The notes: generated by a model not told the origin, from the letters alone. A stretch of 62,233 bases of DNA, filler included, from 5 parts of 5 records of this genome joined end to end with filler, not necessarily neighbours in it, one strand, 5' to 3'. Positions 11,670-21,875 are shown, counted from the whole stretch's first letter. Translations and numbers: made by a program.

Positions 11670-13976
11670 TCACGAAAGGGCCTTTTCAGCGTGGGCAATA
11701 GCGCTGGACTTGCCCGGGCGCAAATAGCGGCCAAATCCGGCATTGCGCAAGGCCAAATCCACACAACTCTTGATAACGTGCGGCGAATCCAGCAACAGCA
11801 CATCCTCCAGCAACTGTGCTGACCACTCACGGCTAACACTGCGAATGACCGACTTGACCTTCGGGAGGCTGGCCGCGTTCATGGAGAGTGAATCGTACCC
11901 CATCGCCATCAACAGCAGCGCGCCTCCGGGATCACCGGCCAGTTCACCGCAGATACCGACAGGCTTACCAACCGCATGCGCGTCCTGGGCCACGCGCACC
12001 AGCGCCTGCAAGACGGCAGGATGATAGGAATGATACAGCTGCGCGACCCGAGGGTTGTTGCGATCCACTGCCAACAGGTATTGGGTCAGGTCATTTGAAC
12101 CTACTGAGAGGAAGTCGACACGATCCGCCAACTCGCGAATCTGATACACCGCCGCCGGAATCTCAACCATCACCCCGACCTTGGGCATATGAATGTTGTA
12201 ACCTTCTTCCCTGACCTCGTGATACACCCGGTAAATCAGGTGAAGGGACTCTTCCACTTCCGAAATATTGCTGATCATCGGCAACATGATCTGCAAATTG
12301 TTCAGCCCCTCGCTCGCCTTGAGCATCGCCCGCACCTGAACCAGGAATATCTCCGGATGGTCCAGGGTTACGCGGATGCCGCGCCAGCCCAGGAAGGGGT
12401 TTTCCTCCTGGATCGGGAAATAGGTCAGCGCCTTGTCGCCGCCGATGTCCAGCGTGCGCATGGTGACCGGGTTAGGCGCAAAAGCCTCCAGTTGCTCACG
12501 ATAGTACTCTCGCTGCTCCTGTTCCGAGGGAAATCGGTCCTTGATCATGAACGGAACTTCGGTGCGGTACAGGCCGATACCCTCCGCACCGTGACTCAAG
12601 GAACGCACGACATCCGTCATCAGCCCGGTGTTCACCAACAGCGATACCCGATGACCATCGGTGGTTTCGCACGGCAGGTCCCGCAGGGCTTCCAGCCCCT
12701 TGATCAGTTCGTCTTCCTCGTCACAGATTTCCTGGTAGAAATTCCTCAAATCCGTGGAGGGCGACGCAAAAATCTGACCTTCAAACCCATCGACGATCAG
12801 GTCCTTGCCGTCCAGCTGGTTCACCGGTATATCCACAAGCCCCATGACGGTAGGCACACCCATGGCACGCGCCAGGATGGCAACGTGGGAGTTGCTGGAC
12901 CCCTTCACCGACACCAGGCCAACCAGTTGTCCCTTGGGAACCTCGCCCAGCATGGCCGGTGTCAGCTCTTCACTGACCAGGACGGTGCTCTCAGGGTAAA
13001 CCGTGTCCTTCTGTTCGCCTTCCTGCAGGTGGGACAGTAAACGACGGCCGAGATCGCGGATGTCTACCGCGCGCTCTTGCAGGTAATGATCGTCCATCAT
13101 CTCGAAATGACGCACGTACTGCTGAACGACCTGCTTCAACGCACCTTGCGCCCAAAAACCTTCCTTGATCCGGTTAGAAACCTCGCCGGGCATGGCATCG
13201 TCGCCCAGCATGCGCAAGTAGACATCAAACAGAGCCTGCTCTTCCGGGCGCAATTGGGACGCGAGTCGGGCCGCGACTCGTTCAATGTCTTCCCGAACCG
13301 CGGTTACCGCTCCTTCAAACAACGACAGTTCCAGTTCCACATCATCGGTGGGCTTTTCCGGCACCACGTCCAGATCCGCCGCTGGATAGACCACCACACC
13401 CTTGCCGATCGCAACCCCAGGCGCACCAGGCACCCCGCTGAAGCTGACATCCGTTGCCTCTTCACCGGTCAGGGAGAGACCACTGATGGCCCCCGTTGCT
13501 TCGCTGTGAGCAATCACACCGGCCAATTGTGCGGAAACGGTTACCAGGAAGGCTTCTTCACCCTCGTCAAAGCAGCGTGAACTTTCTCTTTGCTGGACAA
13601 CCAGAACACCCAGCACCCGGCGATGGTGAATGATGGGCACGCCCAGAAACGAACGGAAACGTTCCTCACCGGTCTCAGGGAAATAACGATAACGGGGATG
13701 GGAAGGCGCATCTTCAAGGTTGATGGGCTCCTCACGGGAGCCGACCAGGCCAATCAGGCCTTCGGAGTAACCCAGACTGACTTGCCCAACGGCCTGTTGG
13801 TAAAGGCCTTCGGTCGCCATCAGTATGTAGCGGTTAGTAGCCGGATCAAGCAGGTAAACCGAGCATACCTCGGTATCCATGGCTTTCTGCACCCGCGAAA
13901 CAATGACATCCAACGCCTCCTGCAAATCGCGGGCGCTGTTTACCTCTTGTACAAGACTTCGCAGTATGCTCAGCAT
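11670..13976 (-). CDS. ptsP: PEP-protein phosphotransferase EI-Ntr
   Basis: N-terminal GAF domain, SNSHVAILAR phospho-His, GLYRTE, GWRGIR, SVGSNDL. Lies downstream of rppH. Confidence 0.97.
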   Translation of the reverse strand: MLSILRSLVQEVNSARDLQEALDVIVSRVQKAMDTEVCSVYLLDPATNRYILMATEGLYQQAVGQVSLGYSEGLIGLVGSREEPINLEDAPSHPRYRYFPETGEERFRSFLGVPIIHHRRVLGVLVVQQRESSRCFDEGEEAFLVTVSAQLAGVIAHSEATGAISGLSLTGEEATDVSFSGVPGAPGVAIGKGVVVYPAADLDVVPEKPTDDVELELSLFEGAVTAVREDIERVAARLASQLRPEEQALFDVYLRMLGDDAMPGEVSNRIKEGFWAQGALKQVVQQYVRHFEMMDDHYLQERAVDIRDLGRRLLSHLQEGEQKDTVYPESTVLVSEELTPAMLGEVPKGQLVGLVSVKGSSNSHVAILARAMGVPTVMGLVDIPVNQLDGKDLIVDGFEGQIFASPSTDLRNFYQEICDEEDELIKGLEALRDLPCETTDGHRVSLLVNTGLMTDVVRSLSHGAEGIGLYRTEVPFMIKDRFPSEQEQREYYREQLEAFAPNPVTMRTLDIGGDKALTYFPIQEENPFLGWRGIRVTLDHPEIFLVQVRAMLKASEGLNNLQIMLPMISNISEVEESLHLIYRVYHEVREEGYNIHMPKVGVMVEIPAAVYQIRELADRVDFLSVGSNDLTQYLLAVDRNNPRVAQLYHSYHPAVLQALVRVAQDAHAVGKPVGICGELAGDPGGALLLMAMGYDSLSMNAASLPKVKSVIRSVSREWSAQLLEDVLLLDSPHVIKSCVDLALRNAGFGRYLRPGKSSAIAHAEKALS

Positions 13977-13991
13977 GGCGGGTTCAGTCCG

Positions 13992-14522
13992 TCATTTCTG
14001 TGTGTCCTTCGCGCGTCGGGAAGGCTCGCCCTGGCGCCACTGTTCCATGTTATAAAACAGCCGCGGCGCGAGCTCTCTCAGCGCACGTCGATAGACCTCG
14101 CGTTTGAACGAAACGACCTGCCCAAGCGGGTACCAGTAGCTGACCCACTGCCAGCCGTCGAATTCCGGCGAGTCCGTGCCGTCTACGCGCACTTGCGCAT
14201 CCGGCGAAAGCATCCTCAGCAGGAACCATTTCTGTTTTTGTCCCACGCAGATGGGGTGCGAATTGTGTCGCACCATCCTGCGAGGGAGGCGGTATCTCAG
14301 CCAGCCACGAGTACAGCTGATGATTTCCACATCGTCTGTACCGAGACCAATTTCCTCCGCCAGCTCCCTGTAGAGGGCCTCTTCCGGTGATTCGTCGTGC
14401 TTGATACCACCTTGAGGGAACTGCCAGGAGTCCTGCCCTATTCGCCTTGCCCAGAGGACTTCCCCCCTGTGATTGGCCAGAATGATTCCGACGTTGGGTC
14501 TGAAACCGTCTGAATCAATCAC
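13992..14522 (-). CDS. rppH: RNA pyrophosphohydrolase
   Basis: [13 protein letters not shown]...WQFPQGGI...RELAEEIGL (Nudix box), GQKQKW. Confidence 0.97.
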   Translation of the reverse strand: MIDSDGFRPNVGIILANHRGEVLWARRIGQDSWQFPQGGIKHDESPEEALYRELAEEIGLGTDDVEIISCTRGWLRYRLPRRMVRHNSHPICVGQKQKWFLLRMLSPDAQVRVDGTDSPEFDGWQWVSYWYPLGQVVSFKREVYRRALRELAPRLFYNMEQWRQGEPSRRAKDTQK

Positions 14523-14696
14523 GGCACAGTCCTCTTAAAAGTCGGTTGGCCGGCTTAAAAATTCACCGGCCGGATTTATCCAAGTTGCTCTCATTCTTAC
14601 AGAATCCCAAGGCTTCGGCAAACGGAGCCGACAGCGGCACGTCATGGTAGACTATCGCGCCTGTGACAGTCGTCGTTTTCGCCGGAGGTATCCAAA

Positions 14697-15353
14697 TTGA
14701 CACTTGCGATTTTTGATCTTGATAACACCTTGCTCGCCGGAGACAGTGACCATGCATGGGGGGAATTCCTGGTGGAAGAATCTATTGTGGATGCTGAAGA
14801 ATACCGGCAGGCGAATGACCGTTTCTATGAGGAGTATTTGAACGGCGAGCTGGATATCATGCGTTACCTGAGCTTTGCCCTTCAGCCGCTGGCAAGGTAT
14901 GACACTGAGCAGCTACTAACCTGGCGAGAGCAGTTTGTGGCGAATAAAATCCAGCCAATGATGCTCGTCAAGGCCAAGGAGTTGTTGGACAAGCACCGGG
15001 CCGAAGGCCACACGCTGATGATCATCACCGCGACCAACCGGTTTGTGACCGAGCCTGTGGCGGCACTGCTGGGCATTGAGCATCTGATTGCAACTGAGCC
15101 AGAGATGGTCAATGGTCGTTACACGGGAGAGGTTGCAGGTGTTCCGAGCTTTCAAGACGGCAAAGTAACCCGCCTGAACGACTGGCTCGAATCAACTGGT
15201 GAGAGTCTGGATGGGGCGTGGTTCTACAGCGATTCCCACAACGACGCCCCTTTATTGCGCAAAGTCGCAAATCCAGTAGCGGTCGATCCAGACCCAACAC
15301 TTGAAAACATTGCGAAAGAAAATGGCTGGAAAATCATGAGCCTTAGAGGTTAA
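14697..15353 (+). CDS. HAD-IB family hydrolase (histidinol-phosphatase-like)
   Basis: FDLDNTL motif I, ITATN, FYSDSHND. Confidence 0.9.
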   Translation: MTLAIFDLDNTLLAGDSDHAWGEFLVEESIVDAEEYRQANDRFYEEYLNGELDIMRYLSFALQPLARYDTEQLLTWREQFVANKIQPMMLVKAKELLDKHRAEGHTLMIITATNRFVTEPVAALLGIEHLIATEPEMVNGRYTGEVAGVPSFQDGKVTRLNDWLESTGESLDGAWFYSDSHNDAPLLRKVANPVAVDPDPTLENIAKENGWKIMSLRG

Positions 15354-15370
15354 CTGGCCTGCCCCAAAGC

Positions 15371-16567
15371 TCAAAGAAACCCAGTCAATGATCGAACAAA
15401 ACAGCTTTTAATATATTCCGTCTCCGGAATCCCCGGAACAACCGGGTGGTCGGGGGCCTGGTGCCCCTGCTCAAGCAATTGAACAAACCGGTCGATCTTG
15501 CGACCACTGCTGCGAATAATATCCGTCAATTTTTCCTGGGACAGGTGCATGGAACAGGAAGCAGACACCAGCAAACCGTCTCGATCGAGCAAACGCAGCC
15601 CCAGCTGGTTCAGCCGGGCATAAGCCTCTTCCCCGGCCTTCTGGTCTCGCCGCCGGGGAATCAGTGCCGGTGGGTCCAGCACCACAATGTCGAATTTTTC
15701 CTTTTCATCGCAAAGCGCTTTCAGGGCATCAAACGCATCGCCCTCAATGGTCTCAATATTATCCAGCCCATTTATCTTCGCGTTGTGATGAACAGAGTCG
15801 ATCGCAGCGGCGGAACTGTCCACGCAGGTCACCTGCGTGGCCCCAGCGCATGCCGCCTGGATACCCCAGCCACCTACGTAACTGAACACATCCAACACCC
15901 GCTTGCCCGGCGCATAAGCCTGCAGCCGCTGCCGGTTCATGCGGTGATCATAAAACCAGCCGGTTTTCTGCCCGCCTTCCATGGGCACCTCGAAACGCAC
16001 CCCGTTCTCCTCAACCGGCAATAGATCGATTTCCGGACCATGGGCCTGCTCAACGTAGGTGTCCAGCCCCTCAACCTTACGCATCTTGCCGTCGTTCTTG
16101 AGGATAATCGCCCGCGGATGCGCCAGCCGCTGAACCGCCCGAACAACCGACTCCTTCATCTGCTCCATACCGGCGGTCGAGATCTGAACCACCACCACAT
16201 CATCAAACCGGTCAATCACCAGCCCCGAAAGCCCGTCACTATCACCAAACACCCAGCGATAAAACGGCTTATCGAACAACCGCTCCCTCAACGCCAGCGC
16301 CGTCTCCACGCGCTCAGTGAGCCGCTGAGGGGTCATCCCATGGGCCGCGTTCCGGCTGATCAGACGGCCGCAGATCAGCGCATGCGGGTTCACAAACACC
16401 GTTCCCATGGGCTTATCATTGGCGGCACGCAGCTCAGCCTGAGCACCGGCCTCAAACTCCGTCAGTGGGGAGCGGCGGGTATCCACTTCATTGCTGTAGA
16501 CCCACAGATGGCCGGCTCTCAAACGGCGCTCGGCGCCTTTACGTAGGTATAAAACCGGGAAATTCAT
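15371..16567 (-). CDS. RlmI-family class I SAM-dependent rRNA methyltransferase
   Basis: PUA-like N-terminus (GHLWVYSNE), GQKTGWFYD, VLDVFSYVGG, DPP, SCS. Confidence 0.9.
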   Translation of the reverse strand: MNFPVLYLRKGAERRLRAGHLWVYSNEVDTRRSPLTEFEAGAQAELRAANDKPMGTVFVNPHALICGRLISRNAAHGMTPQRLTERVETALALRERLFDKPFYRWVFGDSDGLSGLVIDRFDDVVVVQISTAGMEQMKESVVRAVQRLAHPRAIILKNDGKMRKVEGLDTYVEQAHGPEIDLLPVEENGVRFEVPMEGGQKTGWFYDHRMNRQRLQAYAPGKRVLDVFSYVGGWGIQAACAGATQVTCVDSSAAAIDSVHHNAKINGLDNIETIEGDAFDALKALCDEKEKFDIVVLDPPALIPRRRDQKAGEEAYARLNQLGLRLLDRDGLLVSASCSMHLSQEKLTDIIRSSGRKIDRFVQLLEQGHQAPDHPVVPGIPETEYIKSCFVRSLTGFL

Positions 16568-16687
16568 AGATAATCGCCTCAAGGAATAATGAAGAAAAGG
16601 CTTAAATAGACGAAGCCAGCACGGGGTTCAGGGGGATAAGGCGGGCGGGCCTTCCAGAAATGTGCGGAGCCATGGATGGCGGAGCCC

Positions 16688-16787
16688 NNNNNNNNNNNNN
16701 NNNNNNNNNNNNNNNNNNNNNNNNNNNNNNNTTAATTAATTAANNNNNNNNNNNNNNNNNNNNNNNNNNNNNNNNNNNNNNNNNNNN
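16688..16787. other. Artificial contig linker
   Basis: N-run + TTAATTAATTAA (stops in all frames) + N-run. Confidence 0.99.
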
Positions 16788-16817
16788 GTATATAAGGCCA
16801 AAAAGAGGAGGGGCGTG

Positions 16818-17639
16818 TTAGCGCCGTTTCTGTGCCATGTCGGGCAGGGCGATATTGGCAACCTGTTCGGCAATGGGATCATTGCCAAGCGGGTGTTGTT
16901 CAGGTTCGAAACCCTCGGGGTTTTTCAGCTTCTGCCATTGGCCGCCAAAATAGACTTCAAGCCCTGAAAACTTGGCCTTATAGCCCATTTTCTGGCTGCC
17001 CGGGACCCAATAGCCAAGATAGACGTAGGGCAGACCGGCGCTGCGGGCGATGTCGATGTGATCCAGAATGATATAATTGCCCAGCCCATCCTTGGGGCGA
17101 TCAGGTGTGTAGAAGGAATAGACCATGCTTAGCCCGTCCCCCAGCACATCCGTCAGGCAGACCCCGGCCAGATCACGGCTGTCCTTGTCGATATATTCAA
17201 TCACCCGGCTGCGGATCGGGGTTTCCTCGACCATGGCGGCGAATTCGAATACATCCATATCTGCCATACCACCATCCGCATGGCGGCTGTCCAGATACCT
17301 GCGAAACAGCTCGTATTGTTCTTCTGTGGCCCAGGGGGAGGTGGCGCGCCGTTCCAGTCCCCTGTTGCGTGCAAGGGTGCGGCGCTGGCTGCGGCTGGCC
17401 GTGAAGGCGGCAACGTCAATCCGTGCGGACAGGCAGGATGCGCAATCAGCACAGGAGGGGCGGTAGAGCACATTCTGCGAACGCCGGAACCCCTGCGCAG
17501 AAAGGCTGTCGTTTAGGGCCCCCGCATTTTCACCCTGAAGCGCCGTGAAGAGTTTCCGCTCCATCCGGCCCTCAAGATAGGGGCAGGGTTGCGGCGCGGT
17601 GACATAGAACTGTGGCGTGAGCGGGAGTGTGTGGCGCAT
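16818..17639 (-). CDS. bpt: Arginyl-tRNA--protein transferase family (bacterial Bpt Asp/Glu leucyltransferase)
   Basis: [40 protein letters not shown]. Confidence 0.92.
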   Translation of the reverse strand: MRHTLPLTPQFYVTAPQPCPYLEGRMERKLFTALQGENAGALNDSLSAQGFRRSQNVLYRPSCADCASCLSARIDVAAFTASRSQRRTLARNRGLERRATSPWATEEQYELFRRYLDSRHADGGMADMDVFEFAAMVEETPIRSRVIEYIDKDSRDLAGVCLTDVLGDGLSMVYSFYTPDRPKDGLGNYIILDHIDIARSAGLPYVYLGYWVPGSQKMGYKAKFSGLEVYFGGQWQKLKNPEGFEPEQHPLGNDPIAEQVANIALPDMAQKRR

Positions 17640-17732
17640 GGGTTCCGTTCTCTGAGACGGTCAGAGTGTAACCGCGCGCTCCCAAGCCGCCAAGCGGTGT
17701 TTTAGTAAAATCCACTCTATTCCGTGGATTAC

Positions 17733-18152
17733 CTATTGGCGTTTGTTCAGGGCAACGGTCCCCAGCACCATATCGGTCAACCCTTGACGGCGCGCCGAAG
17801 TCAGCATCAGCACAATCGAGATAAGTTGCAAAACGGGGAGCGCAAGGGACACGGAATAGCCCAGCGTGTGTAAAAACGCAGTTGCGCCATCCAATGGGCG
17901 GTCGTCGCCCTGACGGATTTCCAGTGACAAAAGGCGCATGCCCCAAGTGGCCGACCCGCCGGTTAAGGTGGCAACGCGGTACAGAAATCCGACGATCAAC
18001 ATCAGAAAGGGGAAAAAGAAGATGCCGGTGAAGGGCAGAATGGCCAGACAGATCAGAACAATCAGGACCATATCAAGGATCCATGCCACAAGCCGTTTGG
18101 TGGGGACGCCTGTGTAAAATTGCGGTTGGGTATCTGGATCAGGGGTCATCAT
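17733..18152 (-). CDS. RDD family membrane protein
   Basis: KRLVAWILD, ATWGMR, RQGLTD; hydrophobic helices. Confidence 0.88.
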   Translation of the reverse strand: MMTPDPDTQPQFYTGVPTKRLVAWILDMVLIVLICLAILPFTGIFFFPFLMLIVGFLYRVATLTGGSATWGMRLLSLEIRQGDDRPLDGATAFLHTLGYSVSLALPVLQLISIVLMLTSARRQGLTDMVLGTVALNKRQ

Positions 18153-18208
18153 GCTCTCTTTGTTCTTCGTGGTGGTCGCCCCCCGGAAAACCCGGAGGGC
18201 GGCGTGGA

Positions 18209-18610
18209 TTAGTCAGCGTCTTCGCGTTTCGCGCGGTCATCCATGAACTGGTCGAATTCGGCCTTGTCCTTGGCTTCGCGCAGACGTTCAAGGAAGGCTT
18301 CAAAGTTGTTTTGCTCTTCCTCCAGGCGGCGCAGAGTGTCAGCTTTATAGGAGTCAAAGGCCGAATTGCCGGTGCTGCGGGTGGACATCACGGTGCGGCT
18401 GCGACGCTGTGCGCAGGATTTGCCAGAAAACATACGTTTACTCCAGATCATATAGGCAAGAAGGGCGAGGCCAACGGGCCAGAAAAAGATGAACCCAAGG
18501 ACCATCGCGGCGATCCATGCGCCTTTGCCCTTTTCGTCCAACCAGTTTTCGGTGCGTGCAAACCAATTGGGCCGCGGCGCAAAGGTCTGCTCGGATGCGA
18601 GTGTGTTCAT
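18209..18610 (-). CDS. DUF2852 family protein
   Basis: FWPVGLA..TGN.AFD.Y...L.RLEEEQ..F..FL.RLR.AKDKAEFDQFM signature. Confidence 0.88.
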   Translation of the reverse strand: MNTLASEQTFAPRPNWFARTENWLDEKGKGAWIAAMVLGFIFFWPVGLALLAYMIWSKRMFSGKSCAQRRSRTVMSTRSTGNSAFDSYKADTLRRLEEEQNNFEAFLERLREAKDKAEFDQFMDDRAKREDAD

Positions 18611-18666
18611 GGTCAAGCCTTTCGAATACATAGGCCTGACTGCGGCCTATCTGCTTAAAAGGTCTT

Positions 18667-18743
18667 ATGTGAATGCCTTTTACATTACCCAAGATGGGGA
18701 TTGTTTCGCAGCTTGCAAGAGAAAATGTGAATGTTATTTACAT
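18667..18743. promoter_or_regulatory. Two copies of a 19-bp palindromic operator upstream of the DUF2852 gene
   Basis: ATGTGAATGCCTTTTACAT (18667-18685) and ATGTGAATGTTATTTACAT (18725-18743). Confidence 0.65.
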
Positions 18744-18798
18744 TTATTTTTAAAATCGTTTTTTATCAGATATTTAGGGGTTTCGTGAGTGTGGCGCG

Positions 18799-18873
18799 TG
18801 TAGCGCGACAGCAATCTCTGCCGTGAATGTAGCGCGACATCAATTTCTGCTGTAGCGCGACATCAATTTTTGC
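18799..18873 (+). repeat. Three 23-bp direct repeats at the island boundary (consensus TGTAGCGCGACAtCAATtTcTGC)
   Basis: Copies at 18799-18821, 18828-18850 and 18851-18873, plus a degenerate GACAgagatatttgc at about 18881-18895. Confidence 0.9.
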
Positions 18874-18945
18874 AGTGAATGACAGAGATATTTGCAGCAA
18901 ACGTTTTTCGTTAAATGTCGGTTTAAGACCCTTTGAATGGTTCGT

Positions 18946-19923
18946 TTACGCGTCTGGTGAAAGCTTGGTTGCAAGATGGGTTAGAAACGAGAGGGTGTTT
19001 CTAAAGATGTCCGTGGAGCGGTGGCGATCATATATGCTGGTGTTGTGCATTGCTTGGTTGCGAAAGGCATTCTTCACAAATCGCAGATGGGTGCCAGCCT
19101 CTGCAGCCCATTGTTCAGCTTCCCGGCCATCAGTATTTTGCCGTACAGTGCGCAGTTTGCTCTCGATCTCATTCAGGGTTTTGTTCCAGTTTCCTGACGG
19201 CTCGATGGAGACCTCATGCGCTAAAGCTCTCAACCCTTCTTCCAGAGCACGCATACAGTGCATTACGGCGGCGGTCCAAAGCTCAAAGGACAAACAGCGT
19301 CCAGCTTCAGCGAGATCAAACTCAGTCGTTGGGAAAGCGTCAATAATGCTTGGGCCAATCACTTCATCAGCTGATCCATGGTAGCTTTCGCCGCCAACGG
19401 CCATTGCATAGAATTTTACTGAACTAGCTTCAGAAACAAAACACTCAAGCAGGGTTTCAAGGTTTCTCTGGATCGTTGATAGGGCCTGATACGTGTAGTC
19501 ATGATCACCGGCCATCGCGCCCGCCAAAACCTCGATAGATCGCGTAGCAATTTTGACAGTTGTTGTCATTCCGTGTTGCTCTGCTGTATCGCGGAGTGTC
19601 TGTACGTGTCTCACTACTTTCGCTTTTTCGGGTATTGGGTCGTACGCTCGGATCGGCTGGCCTTTGGCCATGATAGACGTGACGGCAGAGTATTCACTCG
19701 CTTTCCCGCCAAGATACGCCATCGCGGCAAGCACGCTTTCCGATTTGAATTCCAGCATATTCCAAAGGCTCACGATTCGGTCAGGGTCTTTGGAGGCACT
19801 GTATCGTTCGCAGAGGTCGGCGAACAATGCCTGCATTTGCACGGTGAAATCGCAGGGTTCAGGCACGGGCTTTGGTTTGCAGCTGGCGGGCATATTCACG
19901 GGCTTGGCGTTGGGTCGCGTCAT
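18946..19923 (-). CDS. Hypothetical protein with C-terminal putative HEPN domain
   Basis: Helical C-terminal region EAGRCLSFELWTAAVMHCMRALE...VKNAFRNQAMH containing an RxxxxH motif (RNQAMH). True start uncertain. Confidence 0.6.
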   Translation of the reverse strand: MTRPNAKPVNMPASCKPKPVPEPCDFTVQMQALFADLCERYSASKDPDRIVSLWNMLEFKSESVLAAMAYLGGKASEYSAVTSIMAKGQPIRAYDPIPEKAKVVRHVQTLRDTAEQHGMTTTVKIATRSIEVLAGAMAGDHDYTYQALSTIQRNLETLLECFVSEASSVKFYAMAVGGESYHGSADEVIGPSIIDAFPTTEFDLAEAGRCLSFELWTAAVMHCMRALEEGLRALAHEVSIEPSGNWNKTLNEIESKLRTVRQNTDGREAEQWAAEAGTHLRFVKNAFRNQAMHNTSIYDRHRSTDIFRNTLSFLTHLATKLSPDA

Positions 19924-19973
19924 ATCACATTGTCCTTTCGCAGGCAGGGATATCTAATCTTAGGGATCGGCAA

Positions 19974-20348
19974 TTAGTGGCCGTCATTGAGTGGATACTT
20001 AAACACCGACACCACCAGCCACATTGCGATTGCGAGGGCAGGGGATGTCCCACCGGCCCTCAGCGCATCATGGAACTCGCCACCAGCGCGCATCCGCGTC
20101 CAATTGTGGACGTACAGCAGTTCGTCATGGATCAGGCCCGCGATACGATACGTCGGGTTGTGGGGATCGATGAACCACCGCAGACCTTTTGGGACGGAGA
20201 CATCAAAGACGCGCCCGGCCGGTATCTTTAAACGGGTCTTCGAATGCGGAGTTCCCAGCCCCCAGTCGATATCGCGGGTGGTCACATACTTGATGCCGCC
20301 CACAGGCTCAGACCAATCAGTTGGCGTGTTGTAGTCCACCGGCGTCAC
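19974..20348 (-). CDS. DUF1353 family protein (phage tail-module associated)
   Basis: IPAG.VFD.SVP..LRW......Y..A.LIHD.L...F.DAL...G.......MW..V pattern. Confidence 0.75.
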   Translation of the reverse strand: MTPVDYNTPTDWSEPVGGIKYVTTRDIDWGLGTPHSKTRLKIPAGRVFDVSVPKGLRWFIDPHNPTYRIAGLIHDELLYVHNWTRMRAGGEFHDALRAGGTSPALAIAMWLVVSVFKYPLNDGH

Positions 20349-20360
20349 TGTCTTACAAAC

Positions 20361-20591
20361 TCACTCAGCTAGCTTGTAAACGGTGAGGATCAGGTTTTTG
20401 GCGCTTTCCAGACCTCCGATTGCCATGCTCTTCGCGTGGCGCAGGTCAATCCTGTCGTCACTCCTGTCTGGCAAAGCAGCAATCCTCTCCTTAATCTCGT
20501 CAATTTTTTCGCTATCTTTCATTAGGTAAGCCCTTTCTTTTTCATGAAGGTTCCATTGATCTTGAGGGAGGCCCAATCGCCGTTTCATCAA
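20361..20591 (-). CDS. Small hypothetical protein
   Basis: 76-aa ORF packed tightly between co-oriented genes (6-12 nt gaps). Confidence 0.55.
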   Translation of the reverse strand: MMKRRLGLPQDQWNLHEKERAYLMKDSEKIDEIKERIAALPDRSDDRIDLRHAKSMAIGGLESAKNLILTVYKLAE

Positions 20592-20597
20592 ACACAG

Positions 20598-21875
20598 CTA
20601 CAGCACCAGAGGACGCCAACGAGAACCATCCCAGCGCATACTAAGCGGTGCGTAGCCCAAGGTTCTCGCCACATCGCCAAGGTAATTCGTGGTTGCGAAA
20701 GCCTCTATAGTGACGGGGAAGGTTCCTTCAGTCGTTGACCAAAGCTGAACTTCCTGCCCGAAGAAAAGCCCCTTTTCAATCTCTGTGATTTTGCAGGCGG
20801 CGGTCCCGTCGATGAGGATCGCTTTTGATCCGGCAGCAAGTATACGGCCCCGAGTGAGTGTGAAATCAGTGCCTACAGTTAGAGTGTTGTGAGCGACATT
20901 GGTATCAATAACGCCTATTGATCCAGCCGCATAACCTTGTGGATTTGTGATCCCGATCAAGTCTTTTTCTGCGTCAACCAAAGAGGTCACGAGCTTAGTA
21001 ATTTCCAAATACCGCAGACGCTTTGGGTTCGATGTCTCTTCGAACCGTAGCAAGGTTTCATCTGGTCTTAAAGCGGCATCGTAATCAGGAACCATTCCGG
21101 GGCCTGCATTGATGCTGAGCTTGTAGCCATCCCCACCGCGAGAATACAAAGCCTGCTTGCCATTGTCGCAGTCAATATCAAGCTCCAGAACATGCCCTCG
21201 TGTTGTTCCAATGTCGTGAACGTCAGCGAAAACAGCGCGTGTGTAGCCTCGGCTTCTTACCTTCAACTTGCCAGAGGACCGATAAGGATAAAGACGCACT
21301 GCCGTTGAGTTCAGTGTGTCCAATGTGCCGTCACAGTTGCGCAGATCAACCTCGACGTTAGCATCCACAATCGGCATTCGGAAATATACGCCCGTGTTGA
21401 GCGTGGTGCCCTTGTCACGGGCTTGCACAGCCTTGATTTTGACCGTGGGAGACAGAAGAGGGTAACCTGTCTCATTCAAACCTTGGCCAGTTACTTCGTG
21501 AAATCCGCGCGCGTTGAAGGCATAGTTTTGCCCTTCTACGTAGACGGTTCCCTCAATGGTGTTATTACTGCCGCCCACACCATTATGAGCCATGCCAAAT
21601 GGGGCTGATGTACCCAGCTTTGACACGGCACCTGTCACCGCGCAATAATCGCAAGTGTCCATATCGACTGTGTGCCTGTCACCGACACCTAACACACCGT
21701 CAATGCTCACGTTGAAGGAGCCTTGCGAAATTGCAAGTCCGTAGGTTTCGGCAACACGGACATCTTTTGTCGTGAAGTTTGACCCCTTAACATCGACACA
21801 AGCGCGGAAGTCGTTTCCGGTCCCTCCAGCCCCTTCGGTGTGCATTCGGTTGTGGATTTCCATACCTGAAACCAC
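20598..21875 (-). pseudogene. N-terminally truncated phage tailspike/tail-fibre-like (beta-helix) gene
   Basis: Gly/Asn/Thr/Val-rich beta-repeat character and C-terminal MRWDGSRW motif. In-frame TGA a few codons upstream of the GTG, no clear RBS. Next to DUF1353. Confidence 0.5.

Noticed and set aside
18799..18873. Mini CRISPR array
   Set aside because: The repeats are separated by only 6 and 0 nt, so there are no spacers, and no cas genes are present.
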